Positions 31,089 through 40,097 of a stretch of 64,000 nt of DNA are shown in pieces. Within the stretch, counting starts at the first letter, position 1, and every line of letters starts with the position of its first letter. This DNA comes from a virus, in IMG/VR virus record IMGVR_UViG_3300035034_003571, positions 67,160-131,159 of that record. One strand, written 5' to 3'. The notes under the pieces are model-generated. The model ran no database searches and had not been told where the DNA came from. It saw nothing but the letters and a program-made list of their open reading frames with translations. The translations under genes were made by a program, and so were the position numbers.

Positions 31089-32207
31089 TTAAGATATTTT
31101 TTTAATTATTTCCTTTACAAAACTTTCGGATGAATTTTTTCCGAGTTTATTAAAAAGATCTATTATATATTTTGTTGTACCAGATCCGGCATCCTTTCCG
31201 TCTGATACCGTTGAATTTATTTTATTTATGATAGAAGTAAAATCTGATTCCTTTTTCATTTTGTTTTCTACCCCTTTTGCATTTTTACCTAAACTTCTAT
31301 AAAGATCTAATAAATTTTTAGAAGAATCTATAGCATTACTTAATTCAATAAGCTTCTTTTCTTTCTTTTTAAAAAATCCATTTGTGCTACTTTCAGGTTT
31401 TGATTTTATAGAATCTACTATTAAATCTAATTCGGATTTTAATACATCCTTCATTTTTAATATTTCTTCTTCCAATTTAGATTTCCTCTCGATTACTTTT
31501 TCTCCCTCCTTACTTTCTAAATATTTTCGTTCTTTTTTAGGATCAATTTCATTTACCTCTATTTCAGAAGTCTCCTCAGGTTTAGCTGAGAAAGAATTTA
31601 CTAGTTTTTCTACTTTTTCCCTAGCTTTTTCATATTTAGTTTTTAGTTCGCTAACCTCTTTAGGATCTGAAGCTTTTTTCTTAGCATAGTTATAAGTAAA
31701 TTCTGCTATTTCATAATCTTTATCTGAAAGTTTTAATTTAGCATATTCTTTTCTCCTAGCTTTACGAGCAACTGCTTTTTCTATAAGGTTAACACCATTT
31801 TTCATTTTGGCTCTTTGATTATTCATGAAAGACTTAAGCTCTTCGCTTTTTCTAATTCTTTGTCTTTGTAAAGTTTTTACTAATGGTGAATTACCTTTCC
31901 TGGAAGCTTCGTCGATTTTAATTTCTATTTCATCTATAGAATCCTCATAATCATAAGATTTCTTAATGGTCTCTTTTTCTATATCAGATAACTTTTTAAT
32001 TAGATCGTCTATCATTTTTATATAGGAAAGGGAGCCTAAAAAATTCTTTGATATATTATTCTTGATATTATCCAAAAGATTTAGTTTTTCATTAAGTGAA
32101 GAACCCATCATATAAGATATCACATCAGAAATTAGTTCCTGATCCTCGACCAACGAATATAATTGACTTTCGTTTAAAAAGGATTTAAATGAGGATAACT
32201 TATACAT
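31089..32207 (-). CDS. Coiled-coil protein, candidate internal head protein
   Basis: N-terminal MYKLSSFKSFLNES; late promoter motif upstream. Confidence 0.55.
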   Translation of the reverse strand: MYKLSSFKSFLNESQLYSLVEDQELISDVISYMMGSSLNEKLNLLDNIKNNISKNFLGSLSYIKMIDDLIKKLSDIEKETIKKSYDYEDSIDEIEIKIDEASRKGNSPLVKTLQRQRIRKSEELKSFMNNQRAKMKNGVNLIEKAVARKARRKEYAKLKLSDKDYEIAEFTYNYAKKKASDPKEVSELKTKYEKAREKVEKLVNSFSAKPEETSEIEVNEIDPKKERKYLESKEGEKVIERKSKLEEEILKMKDVLKSELDLIVDSIKSKPESSTNGFFKKKEKKLIELSNAIDSSKNLLDLYRSLGKNAKGVENKMKKESDFTSIINKINSTVSDGKDAGSGTTKYIIDLFNKLGKNSSESFVKEIIKKIS

Positions 32208-32230
32208 AATTATATAATATACATTTTATC

Positions 32231-32238
32231 TATATATC
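32231..32238 (-). promoter_or_regulatory. Putative late promoter GATATATA
   Basis: Same octamer, just after the capsid terminator. Confidence 0.65.
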
Positions 32239-32248
32239 GTTACCCAAT

Positions 32249-32282
32249 AAAAAAACCCCAAGCTAATTAGCTTGGGGTTTTT
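32249..32282 (-). terminator. Rho-independent terminator after the major capsid gene
   Basis: Palindrome AAAAACCCCAAGCTAATTAGCTTGGGGTTTTT. Confidence 0.85.
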
Positions 32283-32305
32283 ATTATTAAACTGTGCTTT
32301 ATTTA

Positions 32306-33979
32306 TTAAGATAAACCTCCAGAAGGTACCTTCACACTGAATGTGATGTACATTGTTTCAGGTAAATGACCAGCTTCAACTAGAGAGTATCTAGATTTAA
32401 CTGCTACCTTAGGTGACATAGTACCTTCAGAGATTGTCTGAATGCTTTCTGCCATCATGTAAGGCATGAACTTAATACCTGGCTCATCGTCTCCACCTTT
32501 TCTTCCAACTAAAACTCTGTTGTCTGAGAACGCCATGTTCTGATCAACATATACAGTCATACCTGCAAGCGAACCTACTGGGTAAAGTGTACCGTTGTTT
32601 TGAGTTAAAGTATTAGAGAATGGTGCAAATGTGAACTGAGAGATGTCTTGAAGTGCACTTGCTACATTAGCGTTAGTAACGATAAAGTTAGCAGGACCTC
32701 TTCTTCCTCTGTTAGCTACAACGTTTGCAGATGCTAAGATTCTAGAAAACAATCTTCTCTGAAGAGTAGACAAGTTTTCATATCCTCCAGCAACTGGACC
32801 ATCTGGAATAGCCATTACTGTACCCACGTCTTCTTTTCCAACATAAGCAGGAGTGTTACCAGCACCTGTATCACCTATTTCTAGGTTAAGGTTAAGGTTA
32901 GTTCCTTCTGTTGTTAGGAATTGCAAGTGGTTTGACCATCCTAAAGAGAATGCTCTTGCCAAAATGTGCTTGTTGATTGCTTGAGATACCTCATTAACCA
33001 ATGCGTTTTCGATCATAGAAACTACGTCGATACCGAATTGCTTGTTAAGATCTTGGATTTGCTCCGTTGTTACTGATGCAGCTACTTGGAAAGTGTCTGC
33101 TTCAACAAACTTAGTGAAAGTCGAAAGACCTAAAGATTTGTAGTAGTTAGATTCACCTACACCTCTTAACATTGGGTTGTAAGTTTTCGTTCCATCTACA
33201 TAAGGACCTTGAAAGTCATCAGTGTTGTTAAAACCAGCACCAGAGAATCCTTGAATGTGATCTTCTAGAGTTTTAACCAATACTGCGTTACCAGCAACTG
33301 TACCACCTGTATCGATAGCCGCTCCTGATAAAACTGTACCAGCAACTGTACCACCGTTAGTAAGAGCTGTGATTCTCAAAATTGGGAATCCATCAATTCT
33401 TGATAGACCTACAAAAGAACCAGTTAATAAGGATGCAGGTGAAGCTGGAGGATTAATTACAACTGCTGTCCCTACTGCCATAGTATCAAAAACTGCCGCT
33501 GCAGTAGGATCTACTGGAAATTTAATAACATCCGGTGCGTTACCATTTTGTGCTGTACCGTCAGATACACCACCTAGTTCACCACCAGCGTATACGTAAT
33601 CCAAGTAGGATAATACTCCCGTTGGTCCAGACATTGGAATAACTGGGACGATATCAAACCCAACAGTTTTCGCTGCTACCTGAATTGCTAAAGGTAATAG
33701 TGATGGGAATTTATCTCCAGATCCTGAATTGTCTGAATTGTAGAACCCTTGGTTAGGTGTTCCTGTGAAGTTACCATTTCCTGGGTAAGCAGGAGGAGCA
33801 ACAGCACCCATACCGTTAACAGTACCAAGTGTTTGGTATGCTCCGGCTGATTCATTTAATGAATGATAATGACAGTATTTAGTCAACCATTCTTTTTTGC
33901 CTTCGTCTGTAATACCAGCTTTCGACTCGATTAGAGGTGCCCAGGTATCATAGATTTCTGCTTCGTTAATTAATTTCAT
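32306..33979 (-). CDS. Major capsid protein (T4 gp23-like)
   Basis: GFDIVPVIPMSGPTG, EQIQDL, RGRRGPANFIV, FMPY and KSRY motifs; predicted maturation site LNE/S. Confidence 0.95.
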   Translation of the reverse strand: MKLINEAEIYDTWAPLIESKAGITDEGKKEWLTKYCHYHSLNESAGAYQTLGTVNGMGAVAPPAYPGNGNFTGTPNQGFYNSDNSGSGDKFPSLLPLAIQVAAKTVGFDIVPVIPMSGPTGVLSYLDYVYAGGELGGVSDGTAQNGNAPDVIKFPVDPTAAAVFDTMAVGTAVVINPPASPASLLTGSFVGLSRIDGFPILRITALTNGGTVAGTVLSGAAIDTGGTVAGNAVLVKTLEDHIQGFSGAGFNNTDDFQGPYVDGTKTYNPMLRGVGESNYYKSLGLSTFTKFVEADTFQVAASVTTEQIQDLNKQFGIDVVSMIENALVNEVSQAINKHILARAFSLGWSNHLQFLTTEGTNLNLNLEIGDTGAGNTPAYVGKEDVGTVMAIPDGPVAGGYENLSTLQRRLFSRILASANVVANRGRRGPANFIVTNANVASALQDISQFTFAPFSNTLTQNNGTLYPVGSLAGMTVYVDQNMAFSDNRVLVGRKGGDDEPGIKFMPYMMAESIQTISEGTMSPKVAVKSRYSLVEAGHLPETMYITFSVKVPSGGLS

Positions 33980-34015
33980 AATTTAAGCTTTTTTTTATTT
34001 TTTACGATTTCCGTT

Positions 34016-35971
34016 TTATCTTCGTCCAAATCTTCCTTCTAAAGCCTTAGCAACATTAGCAACATAATTATTAGAATATCCTGTGCTTGTTGTAGGTCCA
34101 GATTCTTTTTCGGATTCTGATTTTTGATTCTCGTTTAACTTCTGAAGTCCAATTGGATTAGATCCAAGGTTTCTAGTTGACCAGAAATCTTTTATTTGGT
34201 AAGTAGTTTCTAAATTCCTTAGAGCTGCCTGAGCCATTATAGAATTTTGGTGACCTTCTGAAAGGGTTTTCCAAGATTCTTTATATTCCTCTGGCATTTC
34301 ATTGATGAATTTATATTCTGACTCTCCTTTTGGTTTTTCAGATTCGTTAAGAACCGTTTTTTGTGCCTTTTGTACTTTGGCACCCTCTGGAGTCTCTGTC
34401 TTTTGTGTTTGGACAGACTCAATAAGTTTATCTATACTTTCTGAAAGATTTGTATAATCTCCAGCAAAGCCTGATTCGTTTAAGTTAGCAGTAGATGCAA
34501 GGTCAGCCTTTTTTCTAGCTATTTCGCCCTCATTTAATGGCTGTGCTTCATTTACTGCATTTATATTTTCTGAAAGGTATTCGGAATAAGAAATAGATTT
34601 TGTAAGTTTCTCTGACAAATAATCAGAAAAGTCTAATCCTTTATTAAGATTTTCAGAAAGATACTCAGAATAAGAAATATTATTATTTACATTTTCTGCA
34701 ATATGCTCACTGTAACTTATACCTTGATCCATTTTTTCTGCGATGTATTCAGAATAAGCTAATCCCTTTTCAAGTCCTTCAGCTAAATATTCAGAATAAG
34801 CAATGTTATTGTCTACGTTTTCAGAAACGTATTCTGTATAATTAATTCCTTCCTCTACCTTTTCTGCTAGATATTTAGAATAGCTAACATTTTTATCTAC
34901 ATTTTCTGCTACGTATTCAGAGTAAGCAATTGACTTGTCAAGATTTTCAGCTAAATATTTTCCGTAGCTAATTGACTTATCAAGATTCTCTGATAGGTAT
35001 TTACTATATGTAATGGAATTATCTAAATTTTCCGCTAGATAAGAACCATACTTCATGGCATTATCTAGGTTTTCAGCAAGATACTCGCTATACTTTTCTA
35101 GTTTAGAAACTCTCTCTTCTAAATTTGAGGTATCCGTTGGAGACTCCGTACTTTCTGATTCTTTTATTGTACCAATAGCTGAATTAATTTTTTCTAATTC
35201 CGCTTTGATAAGAACCGAATAGTCGTTCATGTCCTTTACGGTAACAAACTCTTTACTGTTTTCTTCCATTCTGGTAGACTTATTTTTATCCTGATTATTC
35301 AAAATTTTTGTGAATTCGTTCACGTCTTTGATTTTATATATCTCCATGCTAGATTCTTTTTCTAACCCTAAAGACTGGTTTATACATTCTAGACCGTTCG
35401 TAACACTTTTGTTATGAAAATCACTAAATGTTACCCCGTTACTCTCATACACCCTTTCTAATTGAGCATCCTGAAATCCAGGGTCTGCAACCAGATCGTA
35501 TGTAAATATTTTTTTAATAGCTACTTTTTTATTTTCCCCAACGGTACCAGCTGCTCTAGATGAAATTGATATTGGGATTCCCGCATCAACTAAGCCTTTA
35601 GCTATTTTTCCAGCTGGGGTATCTAATAGTTTTACTTTAATTCTTAAAACTCTAGCTTCTTTATCGTAAATAAGATCCTCCACTACGTGTGAAATGTTTT
35701 TTAGAGAAACATCAAATTTCTCTGGGTGATCTAATTCACCAACTAATCTTCTAGAAGTTATTTTTTCTTTTAGATATTCTAAATGAGGCATATATTCAGC
35801 CTCATCATAAATTCGGTTATTGTTATTTTCCTTTCCAAAAACCGCTGCTACTCCTTCCAAATAATAATCTCCTGAGGAATCCACAGTTTCATTTAGTTTA
35901 GTATACTTTAGGCTTTCGTCTTGCCTATGAAGCATAAAAACCAAATCATTATATTTTTCGTTTATATTCAT
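34016..35971 (-). CDS. Prohead protease (gp21-like) fused to a repetitive scaffold/core domain
   Basis: ENNNNRIY, GELDHP, ISH, LLDTPAGK, SISSRAAG and TYDLVADPGF, then 14-aa repeats. Confidence 0.9.
   Translation of the reverse strand: MNINEKYNDLVFMLHRQDESLKYTKLNETVDSSGDYYLEGVAAVFGKENNNNRIYDEAEYMPHLEYLKEKITSRRLVGELDHPEKFDVSLKNISHVVEDLIYDKEARVLRIKVKLLDTPAGKIAKGLVDAGIPISISSRAAGTVGENKKVAIKKIFTYDLVADPGFQDAQLERVYESNGVTFSDFHNKSVTNGLECINQSLGLEKESSMEIYKIKDVNEFTKILNNQDKNKSTRMEENSKEFVTVKDMNDYSVLIKAELEKINSAIGTIKESESTESPTDTSNLEERVSKLEKYSEYLAENLDNAMKYGSYLAENLDNSITYSKYLSENLDKSISYGKYLAENLDKSIAYSEYVAENVDKNVSYSKYLAEKVEEGINYTEYVSENVDNNIAYSEYLAEGLEKGLAYSEYIAEKMDQGISYSEHIAENVNNNISYSEYLSENLNKGLDFSDYLSEKLTKSISYSEYLSENINAVNEAQPLNEGEIARKKADLASTANLNESGFAGDYTNLSESIDKLIESVQTQKTETPEGAKVQKAQKTVLNESEKPKGESEYKFINEMPEEYKESWKTLSEGHQNSIMAQAALRNLETTYQIKDFWSTRNLGSNPIGLQKLNENQKSESEKESGPTTSTGYSNNYVANVAKALEGRFGRR
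34547..35092 (-). repeat. Coding 42-bp (14-aa) tandem repeat, 13 copies
   Basis: YSEYLAENLDxxIx consensus counted in the translation. Confidence 0.85.
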
Positions 35972-35993
35972 TAGGAATAGTTATTTCTTTATG

Positions 35994-36001
35994 TATATAT
36001 C
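35994..36001 (-). promoter_or_regulatory. Putative late promoter GATATATA (protease-capsid operon)
   Basis: Same octamer, 23 nt upstream of the ATG. Confidence 0.7.
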
Positions 36002-36037
36002 AATCCTTTTTAATGAAATTTATTCGGTAAAAATGGA

Positions 36038-38521
36038 TTAAGCATATTTTATGTCATTCTTTACAGAGTCGACTAATTTTTTAGCTATTTTAAATGACTC
36101 GCCATCAACTTTTTTATACTCTCTTTTTCTATCTCTAGCTCCGGCTTTAGCATTTTTAAAGGAGATTTTATAAATAACCCCTGCTCTTTTCATAGCTTTG
36201 ATTTTGGTTATATTTTTCCAGCTGTCTATTTGAAGTGTTTTTATTTCTTCTTTAGTTAGAAATTCATCCATTATATTAACACCCTCTCTCTTAACTCGAT
36301 CTTTAATAAGTATAGAATTTTGTCTCTCCTTATATTTTACATCATCAGGGGTAGTTACTAAACCTTTATCTGAATTTGATTCGTCGTCTTTAGATTTCAT
36401 ATCTTTTTCAGAATCGATAGGTTCGTTATCTTCTTCGTCCTCTTTTTCACTCTCGGTATCTTCTATAGAAATTTCTTGAACTCCTTTAGTTGCATTTGTA
36501 AATTCAATATCTGCAGAAGAAAATACAAGTACAGGCTCTCCATTTTCTACAAATAGACTTTCATTTTCTACTAAAAATAATCCCAGGTTAGGAATTTTTT
36601 TCTGGTCCCCTATTGAAGGATCCGCATACGAAGCAGTATCAAAATCATAAATAGCAACACCTACTGGATTAGCTAATTGACTAGGAGTTAATTTAACAGT
36701 GCTTGATTCGGAATCTTCTTCAGCTTCTTTTAGAAAATCTACTAGGGTTCTTTTGATATTTAAATTTAAGCCCCCTTCAAATCCCTCAGATTCGTCTATA
36801 TCGTTTCCTTCACCAAACCCAAAAACTTCTTCTATTTTAGAATTACTTAGACTGTTAATTGTTTTAGTATCTAATACATTCCCGGAAAGGTTTATAATGT
36901 CCCCGTCCTTATCTTCGAAATTGAATACAAATTCGTCTGGTGCATTTTTTAGCTTGCCTATTAAATAGTTGGGTGCTTTCTCATACACATTTTTAAATGC
37001 ATCCCATTCTGAATGTCCTTGGTATAAGTAGGGGAGTAAGATTCCTTTATCGCTTTCGATCTGGATCATTTCATGATCTAAATCATCATTATCAAAAAAT
37101 CCTCTTTCTATCTTTTCTGAATTATCAAAAGCTAGCATAACCAGAGCATTTTCACTTAATGCTTTTTGGAGTCCTTCCGAATTCGCTTGAGTCATTATAA
37201 ACAAAGATCTTTCCTCATATTCACCTACCTTTATTAATTCCATAGTAGTTCTAGTTTCGTCGGTAGCTACCCACTCCATCCAAGATCCCGAAGGTTGGGA
37301 CCAACAAATCGTTATTGGGATTCCCGCTTGAATTTCTCCTGGGTTAAAGTTACCTTTAGCAAAGTCTTCCACCTCACTATATTTAGGTGCTTGTGAAGAT
37401 CTATTCCAAGACCAAAGTGAATATGCTGCGTCGGCAAGCATAAGAACTTCACCCACAAAAGGTATAGCTTTACTAAATGCTTTAGAACCTACCTTAGCTG
37501 CTGTTTTCCCCATAAATTTCGGAAAAAGCTTACTAGTTCCAGATCCCCTCATAAAAGCCCTCAATAAACCAACCGGCCTAATTCTTTTAATTCGGGAAGC
37601 TCTTAATGTAGAGGATATTCCTCCTCTAGTATTTTTTAATGAAGCTAAACCTCCTATAGTTCCGAATCCGGTTTTAATATATTTTGTAGCCTTAGCCAAT
37701 CTCTGAGCTTTTTTAATTTTTGCAGCGGCCTTTGCAGCGGCCTTTGCAGCGGCCTTTGAAGGTCCGGTAACTCTTTGAGCTACCCCGAGAAAGCTTCTAA
37801 CTCCTTTACTAAAAATCCACCTTCCGATGATTACCTTACCAGCAGCTATTCCTCCATAGACTATTAATCCGGTTACTGCCAAAGCCCCGCCAACAATTAT
37901 TGATTTTTCGAGTACATCCTCTATAATTTCATTAAAATTATCTTCATTGGAAATTTTTCCAGTATACGGAATCGCATAATCAATATTTATTAAATTAAAA
38001 GTATCAGATCCAGTTTTCATTACTTTGGCTCTATATGCCTGTAGACTTTCGACCATCCCATCAGAATCGTCTTCTTCACCAACGAAGTTAAGAAATAGGG
38101 CTACGGTTTCGTCATCCATTTCAGAGGGTGTAAAAGTTTCTTTTAAATCACCCGATTCTATTAATCTATTATATGCAAACCCAAATTTTATCGCTTTTTG
38201 AGTTAATTCTTTAGTAGATTCTTCCCCTTTATCTTCGGCTTCGTTTATAGATTCATTATTTTTATTAATAAAAGAGTAAAAGTCATTTAAGGTAGAAACT
38301 ATTTTATTTTCATTTAGTACCTTAGATTCTTCATTATATAAAGATTCAGCTTGCCAATCTCTAGGATTTGCCTTTAGCCATTCATGAAAATCTTTAGATT
38401 TTGCCCACCACTGAAAATCTTCTAATGAGGATTCTTCTCCTCTAGCATCTGTCGGAATAGCTAGAAGAGGTGTAGTTTCTCCTTTTTTATATGAGCCCTT
38501 TCCGGGCGATAATAATATCAT
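36038..38521 (-). CDS. Large putative virion protein with hydrophobic Gly/Ala-rich segments
   Basis: TM-like IIVGGALAVTGLIVYGGIAAG and KAIPFVGEVLMLADAA; LNE/INE sites; immediately upstream of the protease gene. Confidence 0.5.
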   Translation of the reverse strand: MILLSPGKGSYKKGETTPLLAIPTDARGEESSLEDFQWWAKSKDFHEWLKANPRDWQAESLYNEESKVLNENKIVSTLNDFYSFINKNNESINEAEDKGEESTKELTQKAIKFGFAYNRLIESGDLKETFTPSEMDDETVALFLNFVGEEDDSDGMVESLQAYRAKVMKTGSDTFNLINIDYAIPYTGKISNEDNFNEIIEDVLEKSIIVGGALAVTGLIVYGGIAAGKVIIGRWIFSKGVRSFLGVAQRVTGPSKAAAKAAAKAAAKIKKAQRLAKATKYIKTGFGTIGGLASLKNTRGGISSTLRASRIKRIRPVGLLRAFMRGSGTSKLFPKFMGKTAAKVGSKAFSKAIPFVGEVLMLADAAYSLWSWNRSSQAPKYSEVEDFAKGNFNPGEIQAGIPITICWSQPSGSWMEWVATDETRTTMELIKVGEYEERSLFIMTQANSEGLQKALSENALVMLAFDNSEKIERGFFDNDDLDHEMIQIESDKGILLPYLYQGHSEWDAFKNVYEKAPNYLIGKLKNAPDEFVFNFEDKDGDIINLSGNVLDTKTINSLSNSKIEEVFGFGEGNDIDESEGFEGGLNLNIKRTLVDFLKEAEEDSESSTVKLTPSQLANPVGVAIYDFDTASYADPSIGDQKKIPNLGLFLVENESLFVENGEPVLVFSSADIEFTNATKGVQEISIEDTESEKEDEEDNEPIDSEKDMKSKDDESNSDKGLVTTPDDVKYKERQNSILIKDRVKREGVNIMDEFLTKEEIKTLQIDSWKNITKIKAMKRAGVIYKISFKNAKAGARDRKREYKKVDGESFKIAKKLVDSVKNDIKYA

Positions 38522-38535
38522 AATCTATATTTTAT

Positions 38536-39315
38536 TTACTCTTCTGAATATATCCTATCATAGGATTTTGATATAAGGTCTATAAGTCTCCCTATATATC
38601 CACTATTTCTAAGCTTTTTAAAAGCTAGATTGCCTATAGAAAACTCTCCTCCTTTAGATAATGCCTCTTTTCTCATCTTCATTATCTTATCTTTTCTCTT
38701 AGTAGCTAAGTCATATAGTTCTTTAGCATTCGAAGGAATTTTTTCGCTAGATATTAATTTACTTTCTAGGCTATCTATTTCTGAGGAAATGGAAAGGTAC
38801 TTTTTTTCTATATCTTCGTCTCTTATATCAGGCTCTTTGTGATTTGGTTTTTTAATCCATTCATTATTTAATAAGGAATATAAACCAGTGGACTTATGCG
38901 GTTCTTTTATATCTTGGACATAAACTTCGACTTCGTGACCTCTTATTCTAATATCATGTCTAACGTTCCATACAAACCTTATCCCATCAAAAGCTGCCTT
39001 TGTAAGTTTCTTTGGAGCATCTATTTTGTCGAAATCGACAAGGACATGAACATCAAGATCAGAAAAATCAGTATAATTGTAATTAGCTATAGACCCAGTT
39101 AATTGAATATCTTCTATTGGAACATTCTTAGCTATATTTTTATACTTAGAATAGAATTCCTCAGCTATACTAACAAGCTTCTTTCTAACGCTAGGGTCCA
39201 AATCAGCAGAGTCCTCATCCTCGTCCCAAAAAAGAGGATTTAAAGAATCATGATAATATTGGGTAGATTCTTTTAGTAATTTCCAACTGGAAAGTGTTTT
39301 TTCTAAATAACTCAC
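38536..39315 (-). CDS. Pol-beta superfamily nucleotidyltransferase
   Basis: TGSIANYNYTDFSDLDVH (GS...DxD) plus EVEVYVQD; GTG start. Confidence 0.8.
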   Translation of the reverse strand: MSYLEKTLSSWKLLKESTQYYHDSLNPLFWDEDEDSADLDPSVRKKLVSIAEEFYSKYKNIAKNVPIEDIQLTGSIANYNYTDFSDLDVHVLVDFDKIDAPKKLTKAAFDGIRFVWNVRHDIRIRGHEVEVYVQDIKEPHKSTGLYSLLNNEWIKKPNHKEPDIRDEDIEKKYLSISSEIDSLESKLISSEKIPSNAKELYDLATKRKDKIMKMRKEALSKGGEFSIGNLAFKKLRNSGYIGRLIDLISKSYDRIYSEE

Positions 39316-39351
39316 AAAAAAAGCCGTTTAGATTATATATCCAAACGGCTT
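39316..39351 (-). terminator. Terminator hairpin containing a late promoter motif
   Basis: AAGCCGTTTGGAT-ATATA-ATCTAAACGGCTT followed by TTTTT on the minus strand. Confidence 0.7.
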
Positions 39352-39370
39352 CTAGTGGTTTATGTATTAT

Positions 39371-40078
39371 TTAAAATAGAAGGGATTTCATTACTTTCAT
39401 TACTGCTATAACATCATCCTCACAATATTTTACAATATCTTTTATATTTCCTGAATAATAGAAAGGGGAAACTAAAGATCCGTCCATTTTTCCCTTAGGG
39501 GAAGGAATTCCCATAGAGCATGTGAGTAGATCCAAACTTAGGGTCTTTTGCATCTGCCAACTTCCAAAAGAAAAAATATCTGCAGTATCTAAAAAATTAA
39601 TCTCCCATGGTTTTTTTCCATAAACTCTAAGGTTTGAAGAAGGTTCTATTCGATTATAAAGCATTCTTTTTCCTATACAAGGGATATCAAAGGCTTTTAA
39701 GTTATGTCCACAAAGCTGCCAATTTTTTGCTAGAGCGTTATTTAATATTTTATTTACCTTATTCAACAAATCAGTTTCTTCCTCATCATAAACGGAAAAA
39801 AGTTTCATTCCGTCAGGGGAATTTTTATCAAAGGTTCCGAAAGATACGCAAACTATTCTAGAAAATTCTGGTTCCAAACCTGCTCTATCTCTAAATATAG
39901 CGGAAGGTGATGCAAACTCATAACTTTTTTTAGAAGCTATATAATATTCAGCTCTTTTTTCCCAAAGTTTTGCAAGTCTAGGATTTTTTTCTTGGAGAGT
40001 TTCGAAATCTTTTTCTATACCAACGGTTTCTACATCAAGATATAGACAATTTTCTACTACTTCCTTAGCTATAAACAT
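39371..40078 (-). CDS. DEDD 3'-5' exonuclease (PolB-exo2-like)
   Basis: LDVET (Exo I), GHNLKAFDIP (Exo II), YCEDDV (Exo III). Confidence 0.85.
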   Translation of the reverse strand: MFIAKEVVENCLYLDVETVGIEKDFETLQEKNPRLAKLWEKRAEYYIASKKSYEFASPSAIFRDRAGLEPEFSRIVCVSFGTFDKNSPDGMKLFSVYDEEETDLLNKVNKILNNALAKNWQLCGHNLKAFDIPCIGKRMLYNRIEPSSNLRVYGKKPWEINFLDTADIFSFGSWQMQKTLSLDLLTCSMGIPSPKGKMDGSLVSPFYYSGNIKDIVKYCEDDVIAVMKVMKSLLF

Positions 40079-40097
40079 AATTTAAAATATTTAGTTG

